A stretch of 33,328 nt of DNA, filler included, from Heteronotia binoei (Eukaryota): assembly GCF_032191835.1 (NCBI RefSeq). It is 3 parts of 3 records of this genome, joined end to end, with 100 filler letters (N's around TTAATTAATTAA, not from the genome) between each part and the next. Parts side by side here need not be neighbours in the genome. Positions count along the whole stretch, not along the records: positions 7,669 to 21,489 come from NC_083236.1; 2 more parts are not named here. One strand, written 5' to 3'. Position 1 is the stretch's first letter. Every line of letters begins with the position of its first letter. The notes beneath the pieces are model-generated. The model was not told the DNA's origin and searched no databases. It worked only from the letters and a program-made list of their open reading frames with translations. Shown one piece after another: positions 10,833-21,589 of the stretch. The position numbers were made by a program, and so were the translations under genes.

Positions 10833-11045
10833 CACAGCAGTCGCAGCCTCCAAGATGTGGCCCTTTGCCGGGACCAAGCTCGCTTCTGGCCTCCGGAGGG
10901 GAGGCAGGAAAAGACGCGCCGGATTTTTGTTTAAGGAACCCAACATCCCCCCATCCCCCCCCCCCCCATCCCACGGCTACTTCACGCTGGGGTTGCCACG
11001 TCCCCCCCCCAACACACACACATAAACACCATTGTGAAGGGCGTG

Positions 11046-11194
11046 TAGGGCTGCCAACTCCTGGCGATGTGGGAGTGCGGTCTGGGGGTCCCCCTCCAAA
11101 GCACCCGTTTCCTCCAGGGGAACCGGCCCCTCTAGTCTGAAGAAGCTCCGTCATCCCGGGGGATCCCCCGCCCCCGCCGGGAGGATGGCACCCG
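11046..11194 (+). mobile_element. Short hAT-like MITE, GC-rich copy
   Basis: tagggctgccaactcc...ccctccaaagcacccgtttcctccaggggaacc...gggaggatggcacccg, same family as 9241-9409. Confidence 0.55.
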
Positions 11195-11199
11195 CTCGC

Positions 11200-12100
11200 C
11201 CTCCGCGGCCCCCGAGCCCTGCGGGGCGGGAGGCGCGAGGCGGGCCACGCGAGAGACACGCGCGCGGGCGGGGAGGGGGGGCGGGGCTGCTCTCCACCTC
11301 CGGGCCGCTTTGTTCTGCCGCATTAGCATAAAGCTGCCGGGGCTGCTGGCTCGAGGCCCCTGCCGAGCCGCACAAAAGAGCCGGGAACAAAAGCCACGCG
11401 CGGCCCAGCCAGCCAGCCAGCCAGAGGCCGCGGCGCCCGCGCAGACCCCCCAGCGCCTCGCCCACGGGGGCCCTGGCTGCTTGCTGGCGCCCCGGCCCGG
11501 CCCGGCCCTCTCGAGCGTGGCCGGCTGCAGCCTTTCCCCCCCAGGCAGCCGCGTCTGCAAAGCGGAAACGAAAATACTCTTCTTGCCCCGGGAGGAAAAG
11601 CCCTTTGGAGGCCGCTCCAGCAGCTTGGCCCTGGAGCAGTTGTGGCCTCGCTTCTCCCGCGCTCATGCAAGCCCCCCGCAGCCGGCCACGGGGGCCCCCC
11701 GGCAAGCCAACTCCGCGAGGGCCGCCCTTGCTGCAGGCCTCGCCGCTCGCTAGGCCCCGCGGCCCTCCCCCTTGGTGCGGGCCTCGGCGGCGGCGGCGTG
11801 TGCGGCGTGCAAAGGGCGCGCGTGGCCCATTTCTGCAGCCGGAACAGCTATTTGCTCAGCATTGTGTGCCTTCCGCGCCCGGCTCCCCGCTTAATGGGGG
11901 AGGCCGCCGTGCCGCAGCCATTAGCATACAGCTGCCAGAGCTGCGCCGCCGCCTCCTCTCCGCTGGGCAAAGCGCACTCGAGCCGGCCCTTATCGTGGCT
12001 TCTCTCAAGCAGAACAACAATCAACAGCTTCTCATACATGACTGAGCCCGCTGGCGGCTCCCCCTCCTGACACACGCCCGCCTGAATATTGATCGCCTGG
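11200..12100. promoter_or_regulatory. CpG-island-like region, possible regulatory element
   Basis: High CpG density, a repeated cattagcata(a/c)agctgcc motif and aacaa(a/t) motifs. No recognisable coding exon. Confidence 0.45.
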
Positions 12101-12420
12101 TTTTACATCGTCTCCTGATCCGTCCTTATTAGCGCAAAGATTACAAAAAAAGAAAGAAAGGGAGAAAGACAGGCAGCTTGATGGGGCTCAAACGCCAGCA
12201 GCTATTCATTGGCCCCGGCAGGAACAAAACAGAGCAGAACAAAACTCCTCCGAGAAGAGCCCCGTTGCCAGGGCCAAGCTGCTGGAGCGGCCTCTAAAGG
12301 GCTTTTCTCTCCACAGCCCCCCCGCCCCGCTTTTCCCCCTGGGGCAAGAAGAGTATTTTCGTTTCCGCTTTGCAGACGCAGCTGCCTGGTGGGAAAAGGC
12401 TGCAGCCATCCAAGCTCGAG
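11510..12420. repeat. Inverted repeat pair (11510-11634 and 12268-12420)
   Basis: gtctgcaaagcggaaacgaaaatactcttcttgcccc and aaaagccctt(t/a)gaggccgctccagcagcttggccctgg occur on + at left and on - at right. Confidence 0.9.
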
Positions 12421-13281
12421 ATGGTACATGAATCGCTCCAGGCTGGCAGGAGCTCTGTTGCACTTCATCCCCGGCTGGCAGCAGGAAGATCGAGAGCAGA
12501 GCCCGGCAAGCTGAGCAGGAGGCCGGCGACGGTGGCTGCCTTTGGAAGCAGGCCCCGGTGCCACCCTGCCTGTGTCTTATCAGGCCCCTCTTCCGCTGGC
12601 TGAGCAGCTGCTGGTGGGCTTCGCCCTGGAAGGGGCAGGCTAGGCTGAAGAGCCCCAGCAGACAGCTTGTACTGCTGGGCCTGGCCCACTGCAGGGCTGC
12701 TTTAGTGGCTTGGCTGCAGAGACCCAATTCTTCCCACCGGGGCAGATGGGGTGGGGGAAACAGCCCTGGGAAAGGACCCCCACTCAGATCTGTCGAGGCC
12801 CTCATCCTGTTGAACCAGGGCCAGTTCTCCAGCCCCCTCTAGGGAGGGTGTTGCTGGTGCTCTGCAGAGGCTCGGTTGACTCCCAGCTCTCAGCAGCTCA
12901 GGATGAGAGAGGCACCCCTTTTGAGGCCTGCAACAGCCCTGGCTGAGTTGAAGCCAAACCTCTGTCACTGCCTGTTGTCACAACGCTTACAATTCACAGT
13001 TTGAGTCCAGTGGCACATGAAAGCTGGGGCCCGGAATGGAACTTCGTTGGTCTTCAGGTGCCCCTGGACTGAAACTTGGTTCTGCTGCTACAGGCCAACA
13101 CAGCTGCCCACCTGGATCTACTTACAATTCAGGAGCAGAAGTGTTTTCCTGGGAAGCGGACGGGACTCTCTTGTAAGCCTGAGCCCATGCAGGTTTCTTT
13201 TTGGAGCATGTTTGAAAGTTATCCCTCCACTGCCTCCCTTGGTAATATGCTAAGTTCATTTTTCAAGTGGTTGACTTAGGG

Positions 13282-13825
13282 CAGGGGTAGGGAACGTCAG
13301 GCCTGAGGGCCGTTTACAGCCCTTAAGATCACTTGGTCTGGCTCTCGGGGATTGCTGGACCAAGCCCCCCCCCCCCCTTCATGGGCATTGTGAAGGACTG
13401 CTGCTGGGGTATGTGGGTGCCTTTAAAAGTCTGCTGGGAGCAGCTGAAGGGAAGAAGGGAGGGCTGGCAGGGGTGGGGAGGCTGGAGCCAACTACCACCA
13501 GTTCAGTTTGCACATGATTATCCCAGATGGTGTGGCCTAATATGTTAACGAGTGTGTGACTTAATACGCTAATATCAGGAGATGTGGTCTAATATGCCTG
13601 GGCCTAGGCATTTGCCTAGGGGGGCAGGCCAGTGTGTGTGTGCCGAATTAGGCTCTCCCCATGTGACTTCAAATAGAAAAACAATTATTTGCATTAATTT
13701 TGCCAGCCTGAATTGTTCTCCCTTGTCGGAGCACTGTTTTTTTAAGTTGATGATTTTGTATGGCCCGCAAATGATGTTATAAATATCCAAATGGCTCTTG
13801 GCAGGAAAAAGGTTCCCCACCCTTG
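13282..13825 (+). mobile_element. Non-autonomous hAT MITE
   Basis: TIRs caggggtagggaac / gttccccacccttg and a perfect 8-bp TSD acttaggg (13274-13281, 13826-13833). Confidence 0.88.
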
Positions 13826-13854
13826 ACTTAGGGTATCATCCTGCACCTGCTCTG

Positions 13855-14038
13855 AAGAGAAGTCCAGCAATGGCTACTGGTCTTGGTGACTAAAGGGAAC
13901 CTCCACATTCAGAAGCAGCGAACCTCTGAATAAGTACATCAAGAGGAAACATCAAGGGAAGGCCTCAGCCTCTGTGCTCTGTTGTTGCCTCCTGTGTGAG
14001 ACAGGATGGTGGACTAACTAGCAGCATTCTTATCATGT
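13855..14038 (+). mobile_element. SINE/CR1-type 3' tail fragment
   Basis: agggaacctccacattcagaagcagcgaacctctgaa...catcaagggaaggcctcagcctctgtgctctgttgttg...tgtgtgagacaggatggtggact resembles a recalled squamate SINE/CR1 tail. Confidence 0.45.
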
Positions 14039-14801
14039 TTTGGCAGGAAGTGGCCCAGATTTCATTCATTCAACATCTCGGTTTACTTTCCCGCCTCCGG
14101 ATCATTTTTTTCCTTCCTTATTGGCTGAAACAGAAATGAAGAGTACTGGGCAGGTTCAGTTGTAATTGGTTGCTAAGATGCCTCTAGCAAGGGAGTTAAC
14201 CCCACAGCTGCTGGGTCACCAGCCAGCACTTTAGAGAATTGACCTCCCCCAGTACAATGTGCCGTCTGTCCAGGAAGACAGAGATTCAAAGTTCACATTT
14301 GGAATGAACAATTTAAAAAGCTAAAATGCAATATGCAAATCTCAGCAGCCATCTGTCGGGTTTCTACTTGGGAGGGAGCCCCTGGTGCAGAAGAGCTGCA
14401 GCGGCCACAGGGCTTAAAGGCAGCGGGGCCCAGAAACCTCTCTGCTGCATTGCTGGAACAGCTCAGAAAGGGGCAGACCGGATCAGCCAGAGAGGCTGCT
14501 GCCCATTTCACAAAGATAGCTTTAATGATTCATTTTGAGGACATTTTGCAATCTGTAGGAATTTGCTGGTTTCATGGCCATGGCTTGGTTCTTTGTTTTG
14601 AACGGTTCTTTGGCTGAATGATAAAACCGGCGCTCTACTCCACCTGCTGGGCTGTGGAAATAAAGATTCCATCTTCTCTCCTTGGACAGCTGTGAAAATT
14701 ACCTCCCCAATGGACTTATTATAATAATAAAGGAGAAAAATTAGTCAAACTCTGCTATAGTTTCAAGGAGCAGAAGGAGAGCGGTATTGAGCCTGCCAAG
14801 G

Positions 14802-15002
14802 CTAAACAATCCCAGGCCAGGCAAACATTGGCAGGTGGTAATTGTTATAGTTCAGATAACTCAAGATGCTTTTCTCTAGCAAATTTTTGTAGACGGTTTG
14901 CTTGTAGAATCGCTTGAGGTATGTCTTTGGCCTCTCGAGCAGAGCCAGCTCACCATCCACTACCTTCCGGACAAGCTCTTGCATCGAAGGGCAGTTTTCC
15001 TC
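14802..15002 (-). CDS. Terminal coding exon of an unidentified gene (66 aa + stop)
   Basis: Minus-strand acceptor gtcttcttttcccttacag, then EENCPSMQELVRKVVDGELALLERPKTYLKRFYKQTVYKNLLEKSILSYLNYNNYHLPMFAWPGIV-TAG, exactly 201 nt in phase 0 with globular-protein composition. Gene not recognised. Confidence 0.7.
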   Translation of the reverse strand, partial: EENCPSMQELVRKVVDGELALLERPKTYLKRFYKQTVYKNLLEKSILSYLNYNNYHLPMFAWPGIV

Positions 15003-15118
15003 CTGTAAGGGAAAAGAAGACATGCCCTGAAGAACATCCAGAGGAGCTGCTGCCCCTTCTTGTCCCCTGCCCCGTGACCCACAAGGGAAATACTTGGCTT
15101 TCTGGGCAGCCTCCACAG

Positions 15119-16014
15119 CAGGGGTGTCAAACTCATTTGTGGTGAGGGCCAGATCGGACATGAGACCTTGTCAGGCCAGGCCATGCGTGTCATAAAAGGT
15201 AATGCCAGGTAGCAGAGAGAGAAACTTTATAAGGGACACAAAAACATGAAATAATTTAAAAGAAAAAGCCTTAAAATTAGACATGCTATTACACTCATTG
15301 GCCTTAAAAGTGTTTTCATTGTATCTTTCCCATGGGATCCAGGGAGCTGGCCAAAGGAAACGCTGGCTTTCCTTTCTTCCCCAGGGGACCAGGAGAGAGA
15401 GGAGCCTCAGCTAATAGAAGAAGAAGAAGAAGATACTGGATTTATATCCTGCCCTCCACTCCGAAGAGTCTCAGAGCGGCTCACAATCTCCTTTACCTTC
15501 CTCCCCCACAACAGACACCCTGTGAGGTGGGTGGGGCTGAGAGGGCTCTCACAGCAGCTGCCCTTTCAAGGACAACCTCTGCCAGAGCTATAGCTGACCC
15601 AAGGCCATTCCAGCAGGTGCAAGTGGAGGAGTGGGGAATCAAACCCGGTTTTCCCAGATAAGAGTCTGCACACTTAGCCACTACACCAAACTGGCCACTA
15701 CACACTTAGCCACTACACCAAACTAGAAGGAAGAGAGGCTTGGCTCAGTAGCTCTGCAGTGTGATTGAGAGAGCCTGGCAAAACAAGCTATCTCCCCCCC
15801 CCCTTCTCCCCAAGGGAGGAGCCTCAGCCAGTAGAGAAAACAGGTTTTGCTCTATAGCTCCTGTGCGATTGAGCAAGCCTTGCAAAGCAAATTGTTATGC
15901 AGAAGGAAGCAAGAGAGAGGGAAAAGGAAGCATCGGACAGCCAGTTGCTCGGTGGCCTGATGGGGCCCTCTGGGGGTCTGATTAGGCCCCTGGGCTGCAT
16001 GTTTGACACCCCTG
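15119..16014 (-). mobile_element. hAT (Charlie-like) MITE with nested SINE
   Basis: Perfect 14-bp TIR caggggtgtcaaac / gtttgacacccctg and a degenerate TSD ctccacag / ctccagat. Same family as 6353-6866. Confidence 0.85.
15415..15724 (-). mobile_element. Squam3-like SINE nested in the hAT MITE
   Basis: Reverse copy of 9534-9800 with a (gaa)n tail at 15415-15432, a duplicated head (acacttagccactacaccaaact twice) and flanking tagaag repeats. Confidence 0.85.
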
Positions 16015-17624
16015 CTCCAGATAAATAGATTCAGTAAAATGAAATTCAAATTTGCACACAGATGGGCAAACCACCACGCTAGAACGAGGAGCCGGATCTA
16101 AGGCAAAAGACAACCTGGGATTTATTGCTTTGTGCCTTTAGCCAGAGGCAGCCTGTAAAGCCTCCCTCCTCCCTCCATGATTCCCCAAAGGCAGAGAGGC
16201 AGCTGTGTTCCCTGGAAGGCAGGCGGGCTGGTCCTCAAGCACTCTGCTGCTGGGATGTGCTGAACTCACTTTGGTGAGCTGCGTCAGAGGCCAAGGAGGT
16301 CTGGTGCCAGCGGAAGGGGGAGATTGATCAGACAAGAGTCCATCACAGCCTCATAGGAAAGGGGAATTTCACTCTCTGGCTGTTTTCACGTGTGAAGCTT
16401 AAATTGGGCCTAAACTGCCAGCGGGATAACCTACCTTTCCCCTTCCTCAGTAGCTCCCTTGGGCTGACATTGCTTTGTAAAGCCCTGTGTAAACCCCATA
16501 ATGGTATGCATTAAAAAAAAAATCAGGTGATGGGGGGGGGAAAGGGTTATTTGTAATTCCAACATTCATATGTTGTAACGGTCAATTGTACAAGAGTCAA
16601 TAAAACATAAAAATATTTATTAAAAAAAAAATCAGGTGTGCATTTATATTCCCTTCCACATGGACCGAATTTGCACTCAGGCCATGGATTACTGACTAAG
16701 AGGCTTATATATCCTGTCAGTATTAAAACAGAGTCAGGCTGCTTTCGAAGAAATGCCCTTTTGCACATGCTTAAAACAACTGTAACTTGGAAGGCTATTC
16801 ACACAATAGCTTGTTGTAGGGGGACATCCCATTTAGCAATTACTGCGGTGTAGCTGAGTTTTCTTCCATGGCAGCTGGCCCGCCTGCTTCCTTTGCCAGT
16901 GAAATCTCCTAAAATCCCCAAGACTGCCCTAAAACTAGGGCAAAAGACAAGGCCCAGAAACAGTCCATCTGGGGCTTTCCAATAGCCCTCTGGGACACAA
17001 CACGAGTATATGGAAATATTGTGCATGGTCAGTCTCGAAGGGAGATGTTGGGTTTTGTTTATTTGTTTGTTCCGGGCTCAAAGTGTATTTCCCAGCCAAT
17101 GAACAGTCAATCTAATAATTCAAATTTTTTATTTAAAAATAATCAACCCACTATGATTAAATAAAACATTATTAAACAGAACATCAACATGCCACATAGA
17201 AATCCAGCCTACATAAGCATACATTTCATTCCTAATCTACCTAACCTGACATTAAGAAGAAGGGTTAAGTTTCAAAGCTTCTTACTCAGAGCTTTGCCAT
17301 AAAAAGGAAAAGCAGATTTCACTGAATTTCAGATCTGAGAGATTTGGGGGTTATAGGGTGTGGCCATCTTAAAAAAAGAAGCTATTACACTGGCCAGCAC
17401 ATGACTTTCCTAAATCTGATCCATGGCATGATGAGCATCCCAAAGAATAATTGTTGCAAACTTGTTTTGGGATTTATTCTGGGCATAAAGCCATTTATTC
17501 ATAAATTTCTTCAAGGCTGAAACCTGTAGATTAGCTATAACAGTGGAAAAAAAATACACATTTGCATATTTGCACAAAAAGCTAAGCACAAACTCTCAGG
17601 CCTGCCGTGTCAGAATATCCTGTG

Positions 17625-17792
17625 TGGTGACTGAAGGTTCAGATCCTCCCATGGAAGCTTTCTAGGGGATGTGGGGCCAGTCACGCCCCCACCAGCCCAG
17701 CCTACCTCACAGAGTTGTTGTGAGGATAAAAAGGAGGAGAGAAGGATGTCAGCTGCTCTTGGGTCCCCACTGGGGAGAAAGGATATAAATGA
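17625..17792 (+). mobile_element. Diverged Squam3-type SINE
   Basis: ggggccagtcac...cagcctacctcacagagttgttgtgaggataaaa...gggtccccactggggagaaaggatataaat. Confidence 0.55.
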
Positions 17793-18671
17793 AGCAAATT
17801 AACTAAATAAATGAAGCCAGAAGTGCTGAATGTCATCTAGAATTAAATCTTCCACAGAATACAAAGACAAATGGTAGGGTGTTTGTTTGTTTTTGTAAAC
17901 TTACCAGAGAACGACACACAGAGAACAAGTGAAGCCACTGACTGAATGCCGAGGGAAGTGATCAAGGGCCGCTGGGCGATGGCGCAAATACAGAGGCAGG
18001 ACGTTACTGACTGACTCTCTAGCCCAGTGACAGGGCACCTTCAAGAGAGCTCTGTCCCCAAGCAAGGCAGCCCCAGTCGCCTCCTGCAGCCAAATCCTCA
18101 TTGGCTGGGGCTGAGCCAAGCCATTGGAGCAAAGCTGCAGGTGCTTGGCTGGATCCCAGGCAGAGATTTGGGAAGCGGTGCCCGCCACCCGTGGCCAAGG
18201 GTCAGGGGAGCCCCAGCAGGGCAGTCGTTGCCGCTCCCTTAAATCTCCACTTGGATGGCTTAGCTAGAGAGCCAGACCTGAATACTGTGCTGACCAGAGT
18301 CTAGAACAAGCAGAGATCAGAAAATAGAAGATCCACCTGAGGATACCCTGAAATCAGAAATAACCGAGTTCGAATCCCTAGTGAATGACAGAAAAGGCTG
18401 GAAAAGACTACCATCTCATATTAATCAGTTGCTACAGACTTAAATGACTGCTGGGTAACAATTATAAAGGGGAGGGGAGTCACACAGCTATTAATTTTCA
18501 TTATCAATCCTTCTCACCTGCATTGACATCAAGGGGAATTATTCTAAAACAGCTTTTGGAAGCTAACTGCCTACTGGCATCTCACAAAGGATGTCTGTAA
18601 GATCCAACCTTAAGTTCAGGGCCTGAGAATTCTGCCTTCTACCCTATTGTCTTTTTTTATTATTATTAACA

Positions 18672-18737
18672 TCCAGCCTGATGAAGAGTTCTGGTGAACT
18701 TGAAAGTTTGTACAATGTTTTGTGCCAATTTAGTTGG
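18672..18737 (+). mobile_element. Possible Penelope-like element 3' end fragment
   Basis: cctgatgaagagttctggtgaacttgaaagtttgtac resembles recalled PLE 3' ends. The match is short. Confidence 0.35.
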
Positions 18738-18981
18738 TTTGCTCGTTCAGGGCTCAAAGTGCATTTCCCAGCCAATGAACAGTCAATCTAATAATTTAAA
18801 AGATATTATTCAGATGTTGTTCTTGTTTTTGATACTTTACAGCTCACTGATCAAGTCAAATACAGAAGAATGGGAATGACAATTGTTAAAAAAAATTACG
18901 TTTTTTTTTTTACAAATGTTATTGAAAAGAAAAAAAGATATTACAGGCTATAAAGATCTGTTCAAAAACACAAAACATTTC

Positions 18982-20016
18982 ATAGGACACTTGCGAAAGC
19001 CTATGAGATGGCAGTGAAGGCCACAAAGAGGGAATACCACTCAGCCTCCATCGCATCCACAGATTCACGCCAAGCTCAATTGTTTAGGGTAATTCGGTCA
19101 TTAACATCCCTCACACCAAGAGGTTCAAATACTGGTAAAAATTCGGCTATTGATTCAGAGGCGTTCATGAGGTTTTTTGCGGATAAAGTCCTGTTGCTCC
19201 GTCACAACTTGCCTGCCAATCTTGATACAGTAAGTGAACTGGAGGCCCCTTCGCCGTCTTTGGGTTCAGTTTTTGACTCTTTCAATCTGCTTTCCTCTTC
19301 TGATGTTGACAGAGTCCTGAGTGCTGTTAGGCCCACCACTTGCCTACTTGACCCGTGTCCCTCGTGGCTGGTTAAGGCTGGTGACGAGAGGATCCGGAGC
19401 CCTATGAAGGAAATCAACCTGTCCTTGGAGACAGGGGTGCTTCCAGAGGGCCTCAAGGAAGCAGTGGTCTTACCACTCTTAAAAAAGTAATCGATGCATA
19501 CTTTAGATCCAGCCAATTACCGCCCAGTTTCAAACTAGCCGTTTCTGGGCAAGGTAATTGAGAAAGTGGTAGCCGAGCAGCTTCAGGGCTTTCTGAAGGA
19601 CACATCGGTGCTAGACCCATTCCATTCTGGTTTCCGCCCTGGTCATGGGACTGAAATTGTCCTGGTCGCTGTAATGGTTGACCTCCGTATGTCGCTGGAT
19701 CAGGGTGGGTCAGCGCTGCTGTTATTGTTAGATCTTACAGCAGTATTCGACATAGTTGACTATGCATTGTTGACACACTGCCTCACCAAAGTGGGAATAT
19801 GCAGGGTGGCCTTGCAATGGCTTTCCTCCTTTCTGCACAGTCGAGGACAGAGGGTGGTGCAAGGTGAGGATGCGTCCACTAGATATCCCCTCTTGTGTGG
19901 GGTTCCACAAGGGGCACTCCTTTCCCCCAATGTTATTCAATGTCTATATGTGCTTCCTTGCCCAGCTGGTAGGGAGCTTTGGGCTGGGATGTCATCAATA
20001 TGCAGATGACACCCAT
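18982..20016 (+). mobile_element. L2-clade LINE ORF2 (RT) fragment, degenerate
   Basis: PTTCLLDPCPSWLVK, LKEAVVLPLLKK, DPANYRPVS, LDPFHSGFRPGHGTE, LLDLTAVFD, GVPQGALLSP and CHQYADDT motifs, with stops and a frameshift. It ends at the Gypsy LTR. Confidence 0.9.
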
Positions 20017-20462
20017 TGTCAGAACTTGAAGAACTTCAAACAAAACTCATTACTTTGTTGCAAAAGTATAAGACGTTTATTGAGAACTGCGTTCAGGGAA
20101 GGCACAAGTTGACTCTGATAACAGGCTCAGCGATTGATACATTTTTAATGCGGTTGTAACAGAAACAATAAAACCATTTCTCACACTCGGGGAGACAGTT
20201 GTCTGTTCCCAGGGTCCCTTATCTCTATGGAGGAGGAAGGAGTCCTGCTGTGATGCTCTGACAGGCTAGCTTCAAAGGACACCTGCAGATGTTTTCCAGA
20301 GGCTATCTGTCACCCTTCAGCGGTTACAGTTTGTTTGAAGTGCAAAGCATTTAGTTAGCAGGCCTAGCTACAAGGACATGGGATTAGTATGCAATTACAA
20401 TATGGAGTCAGTCAGGCTAACATTACCAAGCTCAGTATATATAACAGATACAAGTTCTGACA
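20017..20462 (-). mobile_element. 3' LTR of Gypsy element (446 bp)
   Basis: TG...CA ends with a perfect 12-bp inverted repeat tgtcagaacttg / caagttctgaca. Minus-strand AATAAA at 20076-20081, and a G-rich PPT (ttagggggggcagta) immediately upstream on the minus strand. Confidence 0.85.
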
Positions 20463-20473
20463 TACTGCCCCCC

Positions 20474-21489
20474 CTAAGCTCTCACTCGGGGCTTGTGTGG
20501 GTACAGTAGGTGGAATTTCTTAAGCAGTTGCGGGGCTGACACATCACTAGCTTTGACCCATTCATCACAGCTAGGGGGGAAGTACTTCCACCTTATTAGA
20601 TAGTACAATACCCCCCGCTGGACCCTGGAGTCTAGGATCTCCTGCACCTCATGGTGGCTCTGGCCCTTCACTTGAGTAGGTGGTGGCTCTGGAGGGCGAG
20701 GGTGCCAGGACGTAGCTCCAGGATCTTTGCGAAGAAGGCTGCAATGAAAAACAGGGTGGATCTTACTAAACATTTTGGGTAGCTCCAATTCCACGGTAAC
20801 CTCATTGATCACCCGTTTTATTTTGAAAGGGCCTAGGTACTTGTATGCCAGTTTCCGACATGTCTGATGGAGGGGAAGGTTCTTAGTTGAGAGGAATACG
20901 CTTTCCCCTTCTTTAAAAGTCCACTGGGGGGAGTGTTTTCGATCGAAGTGTTTCTTATAATCCTCTTTTGCACTCTTCAAATTGTCCTGTATCACCTTCC
21001 ATCCCTCCCGAATCCCCTCCCACCATTGTTGGCTTGAGGTTGGTTCCGGGGCTCCAGGCGGCGCCGGCAAGAGGGGGAAGGGTCTCCCCTCGTAGCCGTT
21101 GACGATCTGGAAAGGGGAGGTTTTGGTGGAGCTATGCAGGCTGTTGTTGTATCCATACTCCGCAAAGGGCAGGAGCTCCACCCAGTTAGTTTGTTGGTAG
21201 TTGACATAGCACCTGAGGTACTGCTCCAATAGCCCGTTCACCCGCTCAGTCTGCCCGTCAGTCTGCGGGTGGTAAGCGGAGCTGAGCCCCTGTTCCATGC
21301 CTGTGATTTCACAGAACTCCCGCCAGAAGTTGGCAACGAACTGAGGCCCGCGGTCACTAATCACCTTATCCGGAAATGAGTGAAGGCGGACCACGTGGTG
21401 AAAGAACAAATAGGCCAACTTCTTAGCCGTGGGCAACCTCTTGCATGGAATGAAGTGGGCCTGCTTCGAGAAGGTGTCTACTACCACTA
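20474..21489 (-). mobile_element. Ty3/Gypsy chromovirus pol C-terminus: integrase + chromodomain
   Basis: Open frame with DDE residues (VVDTFSK, ISDRGPQF, DGQTER), GPF motif (YLGPFKI) and chromodomain (HEVQEILDSR...YYLIRWKY...DEWV). Truncated on the 5' side by a gap. Confidence 0.95.
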
Positions 21490-21589
21490 NNNNNNNNNNN
21501 NNNNNNNNNNNNNNNNNNNNNNNNNNNNNNNNNTTAATTAATTAANNNNNNNNNNNNNNNNNNNNNNNNNNNNNNNNNNNNNNNNNNNN
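21490..21589. other. Assembly gap spacer (N44-TTAATTAATTAA-N44)
   Basis: Identical to 7569-7668. Confidence 0.95.

Noticed and set aside
11132-12070. Overlapping 140-180 aa ORFs in the second CpG island
   Set aside because: They are a GC-composition effect with no consistent splice sites or recognisable protein.
17905-18300. Possible minus-strand exon (strong donor gtaagt ending at 17905, pyrimidine tract plus AG before 18300)
   Set aside because: All three frames from that acceptor contain stops and the open peptide is not recognisable. It could be non-coding but is unsupported.
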